A stretch of DNA of 64,000 nucleotides from Actinomycetota bacterium (GCA_035718185.1 DASTHN010000090.1:1227-65226); one strand, 5' to 3'. Positions 26,750 to 36,061 are shown, numbered from the stretch's first letter. Notes: a model not told the origin generated them from the sequence alone. Made by a program: numbers and translations.

Positions 26750-28231
26750 CTACCAGCGAAGCTTCAGGTGACGGGCCGCTCGGGCCTCGTCCAGGCGTCG
26801 CACGGGTGTGGTGAGGGGCGCCTCGTGGAGCAGGTCGGGATCGCTGGCCGCCTCGTCGGAGGCCTGGAGCAGGGCCTCGGCGAACGCATCGAGCGTCTCC
26901 TTCGTCTCGGTCTCCGTGGGCTCGACCATCATCGCCTCCTCCACCACGAGCGGGAAATACACGGTCGAGGGGTGGAACCCGAGGTCGATCACCCGCTTCG
27001 CCACGTCCATCGCACGCAGACCGGTCCGCTCGCGCAGCAGCGCGGCCGTCGAGACGAACTCGTGCATCGGCCGGCCGTCCGGGTACGCGAGCGGGAACGC
27101 CCCCTCGACGCGATGGGCGAGGTAGTTGGCGTTCAGGACCGCCCGCTCCGCGACCTCGGTGAGACCGTCGCGGCCGTGCAGGAAGACGTACGCGTAGGCG
27201 CGAACCAGGACCCCGATGTTCCCGTGGAACCCGTGCATCCGGCCGATCGATCGCGGGCGGTCGGAGTCGAGATGGAAGGTCCCGGCGGCCTCGTCGCGTT
27301 CGACGATCGGGACCGGCAGGTACGGCACCAGCTCCTCGGTGACCCCGACGGGACCGGCTCCCGGCCCTCCCCCGCCATGGGGCGTGGCGAACGTCTTGTG
27401 CGTGTTGATGTGGACGATGTCGAAGCCCATGTCGCCCGGACGGCAGCGACCCAGGATCGCGTTCAGGTTCGCACCGTCGTAGTAGACGAGCCCACCGACG
27501 CCGTGCACGATGCTTGCGATCTCCTGGATGTCCTCCTCGAACAGGCCGAGCGTGTTCGGGTTCGTGAGCATCAGTCCGGCCACGTTCTCGTCCACGAGCT
27601 TCTCGAGCGCCGAGACATCTAGCGCGCCCCGTGCGTCGCTCGGGACATGGAGCGCTTCGTAGCCCGCCATCCGCACGCTCGCCGGGTTCGTGCCGTGCGC
27701 GGCGTCCGGGATGACCACCTTCGTCCGGGGGTCGCCGAGCTCGGTGTGATGACGGCGCATGATGAGCAGTCCCGTGAGCTCGCCGCACGCGCCCGCCGGG
27801 GGCTGCAGGGTGGCGCGGGCCATCCCGGTGATCTCGCAGAGGGCACGCTCCAAACGCCACAGGAGCTCCAGCGTGCCCTGGGCGGTGCGCTCCGGCTGGA
27901 GGGGGTGGACGCGCGCGAACCCCGGGAGAGCCGCCACGGCCTCGGCCACCTTCGGGTTGTACTTCATCGAGCACGACCCGAGCGGGTACACGCCGGTGTC
28001 CACCCCGTAGTTGAGCTGCGACAGACGTGTGAAGTGGGTGACGAGATCGCGCTCGGCCACCTCGGGCAGCGCGGGCGGTCGTGCGCGAGCGTGCTCGGCG
28101 GGCACCTCGGCCGCGGGGACGTCGAGTTCGGGCAGGCTCCATGCGCGCCGTCCCGGCCGCGACAGGGCCTTCAACGTGCCGAGCCCTGGCGGACCCTGCC
28201 GACGTACCGGCGCGCCGGTGGCCTGGGTCAC
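26750..28231 (-). CDS. gcvPB: Glycine dehydrogenase (decarboxylating) subunit 2, GcvPB
   Basis: 493 aa. HFTRLSQLNYGVDTGVYPLGSCSMKYNPK and the PLP-lysine region NTHKTF. 4-nt overlap with gcvPA. Confidence 0.85.
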   Translation of the reverse strand: MTQATGAPVRRQGPPGLGTLKALSRPGRRAWSLPELDVPAAEVPAEHARARPPALPEVAERDLVTHFTRLSQLNYGVDTGVYPLGSCSMKYNPKVAEAVAALPGFARVHPLQPERTAQGTLELLWRLERALCEITGMARATLQPPAGACGELTGLLIMRRHHTELGDPRTKVVIPDAAHGTNPASVRMAGYEALHVPSDARGALDVSALEKLVDENVAGLMLTNPNTLGLFEEDIQEIASIVHGVGGLVYYDGANLNAILGRCRPGDMGFDIVHINTHKTFATPHGGGGPGAGPVGVTEELVPYLPVPIVERDEAAGTFHLDSDRPRSIGRMHGFHGNIGVLVRAYAYVFLHGRDGLTEVAERAVLNANYLAHRVEGAFPLAYPDGRPMHEFVSTAALLRERTGLRAMDVAKRVIDLGFHPSTVYFPLVVEEAMMVEPTETETKETLDAFAEALLQASDEAASDPDLLHEAPLTTPVRRLDEARAARHLKLRW

Positions 28232-29550
28232 GCGAGAACCTCCTGCAGCGCGAGCGCGAACCGATCGATCTGCTCGCGGGTGCGTCGCTCGGTGACGGCG
28301 ACGAGCAACGTCCGATCGTCAGCCCGCATCGGAACGCCGGCGAGGAAGCCACGGTCGACGAGCGCGTCGCAGACGTCTCCCGCCGGCCGCGGGAGCCGCA
28401 GGGCGAACTCCTTGAAGAACGGCGCATCGGGGAACCGGAGCTCGACGCCGGGGATCCGGGTGAGCCGCTCCGCGGCGTAGGCGGCCTTGGCCGCGCACCG
28501 TCGGCCCAGCTCCACGATCCCCTCGGGCCCGAGCCATGCCAGGTATACCGCTGCCGCGATCGCCATCAGCGTCTGGTTCGTGCAGATGTTCGACGTCGCC
28601 TTCTCGCGGCGGATGTGCTGCTCGCGGGCCTGGAGCGTGAGCACGTAGCCGACCCTGCCGTCCACGTCGACGGTCTCGCCGACGATCCGCCCGGGCAGGC
28701 GACGTACGAAGTCGAGACGGGTCGCGATCACACCCAGGTACGGCCCGCCGAAGTTGAGGTGCTGGCCGAGGGCCTGACCCTCGGCGACCGCGATGTCGGC
28801 GCCCAGCTCTCCCGGCGGCGCGAGCACGCCGAGCGAGACCGGGTCGAACAGCTGGATCGTCGCCGCTCCCCCGTCGTGCGCGGCGCCGAAGAGGGCCCGG
28901 ACCGGCTCCAGGTTGCCGTAGACGTTGGGGTGCTGGACGACGACGCACGCGACGTCATCACCGACCTCGGGCCTTCCTCCCCTCCCGTCCCGCAGCTCGA
29001 ACCGCTCGGGCTCGTACCCCGCTCCCCTGCCGTACGTCCGCAGGGTCTCGACGTGCCGGGGGTCGACGCCGGCCGAGACCAGCACTCGACCGCGGCCCGG
29101 CGTGGAGCGGGCCAGGGCCACCGCCTCCGCCAGGGCGGTCGCACCGTCGTAGAGCGACGCGTTCGAGACGTCGAGAGCTGTCAGGTCGCAGACCATCGAC
29201 TGGTACTCGAACAGCGCTTGCAGCACGCCCTGCGAGAGCTCGGGCTGGTAGGGCGTGTACGAGGTGTAGAACTCGGACCGGCCGGCGAGGGCCCAGACGA
29301 CCGCAGGCACGTAGTGGTCGTAGGCGCCCCCGCCGACGAAGCAGACCAGGTCGTCGGCCCCACGGTTGCGGCCCGCCAGGTCGGCCAGGTCCTGCACGAT
29401 CTCGGGCTCCGAGACGCCCTCGGGCAGATCGAGCGGGCGGTTCAGGCGCACGGCCTCGGGGATCTGGGCGAACAGGTCGTCGAGCGACGCGAGACCGATC
29501 GCCTCGAGCATCGCGCCGACGTCCTCGTCCGTGTGGGGCGCGTACCGCAT
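28228..29550 (-). CDS. gcvPA: Glycine dehydrogenase (decarboxylating) subunit 1, GcvPA
   Basis: 440 aa. FVGGGAYDHYVPAVV...YTPYQPELSQG motifs of the P-protein N-terminal half. Confidence 0.85.
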   Translation of the reverse strand: MRYAPHTDEDVGAMLEAIGLASLDDLFAQIPEAVRLNRPLDLPEGVSEPEIVQDLADLAGRNRGADDLVCFVGGGAYDHYVPAVVWALAGRSEFYTSYTPYQPELSQGVLQALFEYQSMVCDLTALDVSNASLYDGATALAEAVALARSTPGRGRVLVSAGVDPRHVETLRTYGRGAGYEPERFELRDGRGGRPEVGDDVACVVVQHPNVYGNLEPVRALFGAAHDGGAATIQLFDPVSLGVLAPPGELGADIAVAEGQALGQHLNFGGPYLGVIATRLDFVRRLPGRIVGETVDVDGRVGYVLTLQAREQHIRREKATSNICTNQTLMAIAAAVYLAWLGPEGIVELGRRCAAKAAYAAERLTRIPGVELRFPDAPFFKEFALRLPRPAGDVCDALVDRGFLAGVPMRADDRTLLVAVTERRTREQIDRFALALQEVLA

Positions 29551-29600
29551 GCCTGCACGAGTCTAGCCCGTTGCGGGCTAGGCCCACGGGACGTCCGGTC

Positions 29601-29972
29601 CTACCCGGAGACGTCCTCCAGGCCGTACTTCTCGACGAGCGAGAGGTAGTCGCGCTGGTAGAAGATCTTGCAGTTGACGCCCGGGTACAGCTCCCGCAGG
29701 CGGCGCACCTTGCGGTTCTTCTTCGTCACGAGCTTCTGGTTGAGGGTCGTGATCTCGATGTACAGGTCGTATTGGGGCAGGAAGAAGTCCGGCGTGAAGC
29801 GCTGGACCACGTTGCCGTCGCGGTCCCACTCGAGGTCGAAGGACGTGGGTTCGTACTCCCACTCGATCTGATAGAAGTCCAGGAGCTGCGCGAACTGGCG
29901 CTCGCTGGCGTGGGCGAAGCGAACGGCGTCGCTCTTCAGGGCCGGCGTCGCGACCGTGGCTGCGTCGTTCAC
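29601..29972 (-). CDS. Conserved hypothetical protein (about 123 aa)
   Basis: GTG 29972 overlaps the MerR stop (GTGA). Protein is VNDAATVATPA...RFTPDFFLPQYDLYIEITTLNQKLVTKKNRK.... No family recognised. Confidence 0.5.
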   Translation of the reverse strand: MNDAATVATPALKSDAVRFAHASERQFAQLLDFYQIEWEYEPTSFDLEWDRDGNVVQRFTPDFFLPQYDLYIEITTLNQKLVTKKNRKVRRLRELYPGVNCKIFYQRDYLSLVEKYGLEDVSG

Positions 29973-30421
29973 GCGCCTCCGGCGGACGCGACCTTGCGAC
30001 CCCGCTTCTTCTGCTGCTTGGCGAGACTCCCCTCCAGATCGGTCCATACCTTGTCGACGGCGATCGCGAAGACGCCCTGGCCTTGGGCCAGCAGGTCAAC
30101 GACCTCGTCGGGCGAGGCCACCGCGTAGATCCGGGAGCCGTCCGAGACCAAGGTCGTGCCCAGGGGGGGTTCCTTCAGCTCGCGGAGCGTCCCCCAGGCC
30201 TTCCGGATCTGCTGGAGTCCCACGCCGGAGTCGAGCATGCGCTTGATCAGCTTGAGGAGCGCGAGGTCCTGGAACGAGTACAGGCGCTGGGTGCCGGAGC
30301 CGTGGGCGTCGCGGACCGAGGGACGTACGAGGCCGGTCCGTGCCCAATAGTCGAGCTGGCGGTAGCTGATCCCGACGATCCGAACGACGTCGGGCACACG
30401 GAAACCCTGCTCGGCCATCAC
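29969..30421 (-). CDS. MerR-family transcriptional regulator
   Basis: 150 aa. N-terminal HTH VVRIVGISYRQLDYWARTGLVRPS typical of MerR. This position (between the gcv genes and the DUF151 nuclease) matches the mycobacterial garA neighbourhood. Confidence 0.7.
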   Translation of the reverse strand: MMAEQGFRVPDVVRIVGISYRQLDYWARTGLVRPSVRDAHGSGTQRLYSFQDLALLKLIKRMLDSGVGLQQIRKAWGTLRELKEPPLGTTLVSDGSRIYAVASPDEVVDLLAQGQGVFAIAVDKVWTDLEGSLAKQQKKRGRKVASAGGA

Positions 30422-30566
30422 ATCTCCGTAATTACGCAGACGTAGGGTAGGCTAGGCGGCCGCGCCCCCCCTGTCAATCACCCGTCGGTCACCGCGCCGG
30501 CCCGGGTGGCCCCCCGCGGCTCGGAACGGGTACCATGCCCCCCCTCCCCGACCCCCCCGAGGAGGG

Positions 30567-31052
30567 ATGCACGTGCTCCGGAACCGCAAGGTCCGTCACG
30601 CGGCGCTCGCGGGCTCGCTCGCCGTCGCCCTGCTGACCACAGGTGTCGCTGCCGCCCCGGCCGCCGAGGCCGGCTCGCTCCGGACCAAGGTCCTGCACGC
30701 GATCAACCGCGTCCGAGCGAACCACGACCTCAACACCCTCAGCCTCAACCGGCCGCTCTCGGACGATGCGAGGGCCCACACCCGGAAGATGATCCGGCGC
30801 GGGAAGCTGTTCGACCCCAGGAACCTGGCCCAGCTGCTCGAGCCCTACAACTGGGACGTCATCGGCGCCGACGTCGTGGGCTGCCACTCCACCGTCCAGA
30901 AGATCATGAGGCAGTGGATGAGCGAGGGGCTCCACCGGGACATCATCCTGCACCCGGCACTCGAGAAGGCCGGGATCGGGGCGATCGCCACGTCGGGCAA
31001 GTCGGAGTGCGGCCGTGACAAGGTCTGGGTCACGGCGATCATGTACGGCTAG
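30567..31052 (+). CDS. Secreted CAP/SCP/PR-1-like domain protein (paralog of 26042-26515)
   Basis: Signal peptide (AALAGSLAVALLTTGVAAAPAAEA), then HAINRVRANH...GHS...HRDIIL...VWVTAIMYG. Same domain organisation and C-terminus (AIMYG versus VIFYG) as the other CAP protein. Divergent from the MerR gene. Confidence 0.65.
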   Translation: MHVLRNRKVRHAALAGSLAVALLTTGVAAAPAAEAGSLRTKVLHAINRVRANHDLNTLSLNRPLSDDARAHTRKMIRRGKLFDPRNLAQLLEPYNWDVIGADVVGCHSTVQKIMRQWMSEGLHRDIILHPALEKAGIGAIATSGKSECGRDKVWVTAIMYG

Positions 31053-31077
31053 CGGACCGGCGGCCGGCCCGACCGGG

Positions 31078-31557
31078 CTACTGGAAGTCCTCGGGGTTCA
31101 CGTTCTCGAGGAACTCGCGGAACTTCTCGAGCTCCTCTTCCTCCTCCTCCCCGCTCGGGATGAGGATGGAGGCCTCGGCCAGGACGTCCTCACTGGCGAA
31201 GATCTTGCAGCCCAGGCGCACGGCCAGCGCGATGGCGTCGCTGGGGCGAGACGAGATCTCGTACGCGTCCCCGTTGCGCTGCATGTTGATGACCGCGTAG
31301 AAGGTCCCCTCGCGGAGCTCGGTGATCACGATGCTGCTCACCTGAACCGACATCTCCTCGAGGATGGACTTCATCAGATCGTGGGTCATCGGCCGCGGCG
31401 TCACCACACCTTGGAGCGCCAGGGCGATCGACGCCGCCTCGGGCTGACCGATCCAGATGGGCAGGTACCGCTCCCCTTCGGATTCGCGCAGGAGCACGAT
31501 GGGCTGGTTCGAGGGGAGCTCGATCCGCACGCCGGCCAGATCCATCTGAACGATCAT
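31078..31557 (-). CDS. Bifunctional nuclease family protein (DUF151/BFN)
   Basis: MIVQMDLAGVRIELPSNQPIVLLRESEGERYLPIWIGQPEAASIALAL... then an acidic EEEEE tail. This is the Rv1829-type protein, conserved next to the garA/MerR cluster. Confidence 0.7.
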   Translation of the reverse strand: MIVQMDLAGVRIELPSNQPIVLLRESEGERYLPIWIGQPEAASIALALQGVVTPRPMTHDLMKSILEEMSVQVSSIVITELREGTFYAVINMQRNGDAYEISSRPSDAIALAVRLGCKIFASEDVLAEASILIPSGEEEEEELEKFREFLENVNPEDFQ

Positions 31558-31597
31558 CCGCACATCGAGCCTAGACCCGCCCCCCAGACCCGGCAAC

Positions 31598-32185
31598 CTA
31601 CGGGCGGGGCAGGGCCTCGGGCAGGTACGGCAGGAGCAGATCGGGGTCCTCGGCGAGCGCCGTCAGGTCCTGCACCGCAAGGATATCGGGAACGTTGCGG
31701 TACCGCTCTTGGAAGTCCAGACCGTAGCCGACGACGAACACGTCGGGGCACTCGAACCCGCGGTAGCGGATCGTCACGGGAGCGATCCGCCGGACGGACT
31801 TGTCGAGCAGCGCGCAGACCTCGACCGATGCCGGCTCTCGTGACTGGATCACGGAGATCAGGTACGAGAGCGTGAGACCCGTGTCCACGATGTCCTCGAC
31901 GACGATGACGTCGCGCCCGCCGACGTCCTGCTCCAGGTCCTTGACGATACGCACGCGCCCCATCGATTCGGTGGCGTCGCCGTACCGCGAGAGCGCCATG
32001 TAGTCGATGGCGAGCGGGAGACGGACCTCCCGGATCAGGTCCGCGAGGAACAGCGAGCCGCCCTTCAGGACCGAGACCAGGACGGGTGCGCGCCCCTCAT
32101 AGTCCCCGGTGATGGTGCGGCCGAGCTCCTCGATCCGGCGACGGATGTCCTCGCGCCCGAACAGGACGCTTGCGACCTCCGACAT
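31598..32185 (-). CDS. hpt: Hypoxanthine-guanine phosphoribosyltransferase
   Basis: ATG at 32185 (MSEVASVLFGREDIRRRIEELG...). PRPP-binding motif VIVVEDIVDTGLTL. Confidence 0.85.
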   Translation of the reverse strand: MSEVASVLFGREDIRRRIEELGRTITGDYEGRAPVLVSVLKGGSLFLADLIREVRLPLAIDYMALSRYGDATESMGRVRIVKDLEQDVGGRDVIVVEDIVDTGLTLSYLISVIQSREPASVEVCALLDKSVRRIAPVTIRYRGFECPDVFVVGYGLDFQERYRNVPDILAVQDLTALAEDPDLLLPYLPEALPRP

Positions 32186-32208
32186 CGGGCTCGATCGTAG
32201 CAGAGGGA

Positions 32209-33501
32209 TCAGCCGAACATGGCGTCGAGGACGACCCCGACGGCGTCCGCCACGGCCGAGCCGGCCCGAGCCCACCAGGGGCCCGGATCCGACGGCGGTG
32301 CGGGCGGTGGCACGTCCGTCACCACCAGATCGACGCTCCCGATCCGAAGCTCGGGGACCGAGACTCGGAGGGTCCCGACGACTTCGCCGGGGAGCGGCGG
32401 GAACGCCGCGTCCGGGTCGAGCACCCTGTGGCGCGTCACGTCGGCGTCGGTCGGGATGAGCGCGACGAGCGATCCGCTCGACGCGACCGGGACCTGACGT
32501 CCGTCGATCCGGACCTCGCCGAGGTCCTCACCCTCGGCGACCACCTCTCGGCGCTCGAACGCCGCGAACCCGTGGTTCAGGAGGGCCGCCGCGCTCGAGA
32601 AGGCCTCGCCCGACGCGCCGAGCACCACCGCCACGAGGCGGAGTCCTCCGCGCTCGGCCGTTGCGACGATGCACGTGCCGGCCCGGCTGGTGAAGCCGGT
32701 CTTCACGCCGACGGCGCCCGGATACAGCCACAGCAGCGCGTTGCGGTTCTGGACCACCCGCGGCGGGGAACCCGCCGGCGCCGGGATCTCGCGGGAGCGG
32801 GTGGCGACGATGCTGGCGAACCCGGGCTCGGCGTACGCGGCGCGGGTGATGGCCACCAGGTCCCGGCCGGTCGAATACCCGCGATCGTCCAGGCCGTTCG
32901 GCGAGGTGAACCGCGAGTTGCGCAGTCCGAGCTCACGCACGCGCGCGTTCATGTCCTTGACGAACGCCTCGACCGTACCCGAGACATGCTCGGCCAGGGC
33001 GATGGCCGCGTCGTTCGCGGACTGGAGCATGAGCGCAGCGAGCAGGTCGTCCACCCTGATCCGCTCCCCCGTCTGCAGCCCGAGCTCCGAGATCCCTGCC
33101 GTCCGGCCGTCGCCCGACGCCCGCGCGCTCACGGTCACGATGTCCTGGGGATCCGTGCGCTCGAGCACCAGGAGCGCCGTGACGATCTTCGTCACGCTGG
33201 CGATCGGGCGCCGACGGTCGGCGCCCCGCTCGAACAGGACCTGTCCGCTGTCCAGGTCGGCGAGGATCGCCGCGGGCGCCGCGATCCGGGGCGCCGGCGA
33301 GGCGGACACGGGGGTCCGAAGGACGCTCGGGAACGGCGACATCGACGTCTGGCCGTTCGGGAGGAGCACCGGCGTGGGTGGCGGGGTGGACGTGGAGATC
33401 TGCGCGCCGGCGAGGCCCGGCACGACCGCCAGGAGCAGGGCCGGGGTCAGGAAGGCCAGGACCGCCCATCCGGCCCGGCGGAGAGCGGCGCGACGGCTCA
33501 C
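32209..33501 (-). CDS. D-alanyl-D-alanine carboxypeptidase (S11 family, PBP5/DacB-like), secreted
   Basis: 430 aa. Signal peptide, SxxK active site (ASVTKIV), SxN (SANDAA) and KTG (VKTGFT) motifs. Confidence 0.8.
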   Translation of the reverse strand: MSRRAALRRAGWAVLAFLTPALLLAVVPGLAGAQISTSTPPPTPVLLPNGQTSMSPFPSVLRTPVSASPAPRIAAPAAILADLDSGQVLFERGADRRRPIASVTKIVTALLVLERTDPQDIVTVSARASGDGRTAGISELGLQTGERIRVDDLLAALMLQSANDAAIALAEHVSGTVEAFVKDMNARVRELGLRNSRFTSPNGLDDRGYSTGRDLVAITRAAYAEPGFASIVATRSREIPAPAGSPPRVVQNRNALLWLYPGAVGVKTGFTSRAGTCIVATAERGGLRLVAVVLGASGEAFSSAAALLNHGFAAFERREVVAEGEDLGEVRIDGRQVPVASSGSLVALIPTDADVTRHRVLDPDAAFPPLPGEVVGTLRVSVPELRIGSVDLVVTDVPPPAPPSDPGPWWARAGSAVADAVGVVLDAMFG

Positions 33502-33503
33502 GC

Positions 33504-34205
33504 TCAGGAAAGGTACTGGCGGAGGTTGGTCCGCAGCAACGCGCTCTTCAGCTTGCGCGAGGCCTTCGCGAGCTCGGTGAGGGAGCTCGTCGCCGTGCGA
33601 CGGGCGTCCGGGTTCCGCTGCCGGAGCTGAGGCATCACGATCGACTCGAAGAACGCGGCCTCCCGCTCGGCGAAGTGCTTGTACATCGTCAGGTGCCGCG
33701 GCTCGACGCCGAACCGGAAGAAGTCCTTCACGATCGACAGCACGATGTAGTCGTCGCCGTCGTAGTACCGGGCCGACTCCGGTCCGTGCGAGGTGACGAG
33801 ACCGAACGACTCCAGCTCCTTGATCCGTTCGCGATCGATGCCGGTGGCCGCAGACATCTCGTCGAGCGACATCTGCAGCCCCGTCGGGGGCTCCGCGAGC
33901 TCCTCGGCCGGCTCGGGCGCCTCCTCCGTTGTCGGTGCCGACATGTCCGACGTGCCGGCCTCCTGGTCGAGCAGCCGCTCCTTGATGACCTTGAGCGGGA
34001 GGTACTCGTCTCGCTGCATCTTCAGGATCGCGCGCAGGCGCTCCAGGTCCTTGGCGTAGAACTTGCGGTAGCCGGATGGCGTCCGCTCCGGCTCGATCAA
34101 CCCCTCGGACTCGAGGAACCGGATCTTGCTGATCGTGATGTCGGGGAACTCCGTCTTGACGGTGACGAGGACCTCCCCGATCGACTGGTAGTTGCGCGTG
34201 GCCAT
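33504..34205 (-). CDS. MerR-family transcriptional regulator (Rv1828-like)
   Basis: ATG at 34205 (MATRNYQSIGEVLVTVKTEFPDITISKIRFLESEGLIEPERTPSGYRKFY...), a MerR HTH. Immediately downstream of garA, as in mycobacteria. Confidence 0.8.
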   Translation of the reverse strand: MATRNYQSIGEVLVTVKTEFPDITISKIRFLESEGLIEPERTPSGYRKFYAKDLERLRAILKMQRDEYLPLKVIKERLLDQEAGTSDMSAPTTEEAPEPAEELAEPPTGLQMSLDEMSAATGIDRERIKELESFGLVTSHGPESARYYDGDDYIVLSIVKDFFRFGVEPRHLTMYKHFAEREAAFFESIVMPQLRQRNPDARRTATSSLTELAKASRKLKSALLRTNLRQYLS

Positions 34206-34210
34206 CCCTC

Positions 34211-34669
34211 TCACTCCCCCGCAGCGAAGAACACGAGCTTGAACCTGCCGATCTGGAGCTCGTCTCCCGATGCGAGCTTCGTCACGTCGACGCGTTCGCG
34301 GTTCACGTACGTCCCGTTCAGGCTCCCGAGGTCGTGCACGAACCATCCGTCGTCGCGGCGGCGCAGCTCGGCGTGCTTGCGCGAGACGGTCACGTCGTCG
34401 AGGAACACGTCGCTGTCGGTGTTCCGACCCGTGGTCGTGACGTCCGACTCGAGGAGGAACGTCGAGCCGGCGTTGGGTCCATGCTTGACCAGAAGGAGAG
34501 CCTGTCCGGACTGAAGCTCATCCTCCGGGAACGGGAACTCCTCGACCCCTTCACCCTCGACCTCGACCGGGGTAATCGCGACCGTTATCTCCTCATGGAG
34601 CGGAGCTCCGCAGTTCGAGCAGAACCGAGCCTCGTCCTTGTTCGGATGTCCACAGCGGCTGCAGTACAA
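34211..34669 (-). CDS. garA: FHA-domain regulator GarA/OdhI
   Basis: 152 aa. N-terminal zinc-ribbon-like MYCSRCGHPNKDEARFCSNCG, then a disordered linker and a C-terminal FHA domain (GRNTDSDVFLDDVTVSRKHAEL...GSLNGTYVN). Confidence 0.85.
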   Translation of the reverse strand: MYCSRCGHPNKDEARFCSNCGAPLHEEITVAITPVEVEGEGVEEFPFPEDELQSGQALLLVKHGPNAGSTFLLESDVTTTGRNTDSDVFLDDVTVSRKHAELRRRDDGWFVHDLGSLNGTYVNRERVDVTKLASGDELQIGRFKLVFFAAGE

Positions 34670-34838
34670 GCTCGTTCGCTCCCCAGCCCGGGCCTACTGA
34701 TGACGGTTGAGGTTGAGGGTCGGGCTAAACCCTCGACGGCCACTGGACGTTACCGCAGCCACCGAGCAGGGTCAACCGTGCGTGCGTGACACCGTGCGGG
34801 ACACGGAGCGGGTCGTGGGCGCCGTGAGGGAGACGGGC

Positions 34839-35228
34839 CTAGCCACCCTGCTCGACGAGCGTGCGGTACGCCGCCACGTCGAGCAGGGCGTCGAGCTCAG
34901 CGGTGTCGCTCACGGCGATGACGACGATCCAGCCGTCGCCATACGGGGCCTCGTTGACCAGTTCCGGGCGCTCGTCGAGCATGGCGTTGCGCTCCGCGAT
35001 CGTCCCGGACACCGGCGCGTAGACGTCCGAGACGGACTTCGTGGATTCCACCTCGCTGAACGCCTGATGCGCGGTCACGCTGGTGCCGACGTCGGGCACG
35101 TCCACGTAGACGACGTCGCCGAGCGCGTCCTGTGCGTGATCGGTGATGCCGACGCGTAGGCGCCCGTCACCCTCGTCGCGCACCCACTCGTGCTCGCTCG
35201 TGTACCGCAGGTCGTCCGGGAACTCCAT
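34839..35228 (-). CDS. gcvH: Glycine cleavage system H protein
   Basis: 129 aa. Lipoyl-lysine motif SEVESTKSVSDVYAPVSG. ATG checked at 35228. The 618-aa ORF-track version is an artefactual extension. Confidence 0.85.
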   Translation of the reverse strand: MEFPDDLRYTSEHEWVRDEGDGRLRVGITDHAQDALGDVVYVDVPDVGTSVTAHQAFSEVESTKSVSDVYAPVSGTIAERNAMLDERPELVNEAPYGDGWIVVIAVSDTAELDALLDVAAYRTLVEQGG

Positions 35229-35314
35229 CGGATCCTCCGTCTGGGATTCGTCCACCGCCGACCGTAGCATGCGCGCCGGTGGCCGGGGTGGCCGGTCGGC
35301 CCGCCCTGGTCGGT

Positions 35315-35896
35315 TCAGGCGGCCTCCGCAAGCGCGCGCCGCAGGTCGCCCACGTAGAGCCATGCCGCGACGTAGTACTCGACGATGCCGGCGGTGAAGC
35401 TCACCCAGCCGAGTGCGAGGGCGGCATCCTCGAGGGGGTACCCGAGGTTGCCCCACGAGATCCACACGACCGCGGTCATCAGCGTGAAGGTGGCGACCTT
35501 GCCGAGCGGTCGCACATCCAGACGGACCCGGCGTCCGACGAGCAGGCCCGCCCCAACCGCCAGGACGGCCGCGTCGCGCACCAAGATCAGCGTCGCGGCC
35601 CACCAGGGGAAGACACCGCGTACGGCGAGGGCCACCAAACCGGCGGCCATCGCGATCCGGTCCGCCGTCGGGTCCAGGACCTTCCCCAGCTCGGTCACCT
35701 GGCCGAGCCGCCGGGCGAGCAGGCCGTCGACCCAATCGGTGGCGGCGACGACGGCGAACAACGCGAGCCCCCAGAAGGTCGTGTCGGGGTCGACGATGAG
35801 CGCGACGAACACGGGGATGAGCGCGATGCGCAGGAAGGACAGGAGGTTGGGGACGGTGAGGACCCGCGACGAGGAGGCTTCGTCTGGCCGGCTCAT
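35315..35896 (-). CDS. pgsA: CDP-alcohol phosphatidyltransferase (probable CDP-diacylglycerol-glycerol-3-phosphate 3-phosphatidyltransferase)
   Basis: 193 aa. D(x2)DG(x2)AR...G(x3)D(x3)D motif (DWVDGLLARRLGQVTELGKVLDPTADR). Multi-TM. Confidence 0.75.
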   Translation of the reverse strand: MSRPDEASSSRVLTVPNLLSFLRIALIPVFVALIVDPDTTFWGLALFAVVAATDWVDGLLARRLGQVTELGKVLDPTADRIAMAAGLVALAVRGVFPWWAATLILVRDAAVLAVGAGLLVGRRVRLDVRPLGKVATFTLMTAVVWISWGNLGYPLEDAALALGWVSFTAGIVEYYVAAWLYVGDLRRALAEAA

Positions 35897-35926
35897 GGCG
35901 ACGGGGACCTCCGATCCATGATCGTC

Positions 35927-36004
35927 TGGTCGGGCCGGCCGGATTCGAACCGGCGACCTTCTGACCCCCAGTCAGACGCGCTAACCAAGCTGCGCCACGG
36001 CCCG
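35927..36004 (-). tRNA. tRNA-Pro (anticodon GGG)
   Basis: Reverse complement folds as a cloverleaf. Acceptor CGGGCCG/CGGCCCG, D-arm GCGC/GCGC, anticodon stem TCTGA/TCAGA with loop CUGGGGG (U33, G37), T-arm GCCGG-TTCGAAT-CCGGC, discriminator A, encoded CCA. Confidence 0.85.
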
Positions 36005-36061
36005 TGCGAGCGCATCGTAGCAGCCGCCGCACTGTGCCGAGAAGGCACGCGTCCGGCGCCG

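Noticed and set aside
26012-29649. Long plus-strand ORFs (26012-27622, 28081-29649) and minus 26724-28427 over the gcvP genes
   Set aside because: Off-frame or antisense to gcvPA/gcvPB, which carry diagnostic P-protein motifs.
29551-35314. Glycine riboswitch upstream of gcvPA or gcvH
   Set aside because: The intergenic spaces (50 nt and 86 nt) are too short for the roughly 200-nt tandem aptamer, and no GGAGAG...CACCG-type aptamer cores were recognised.
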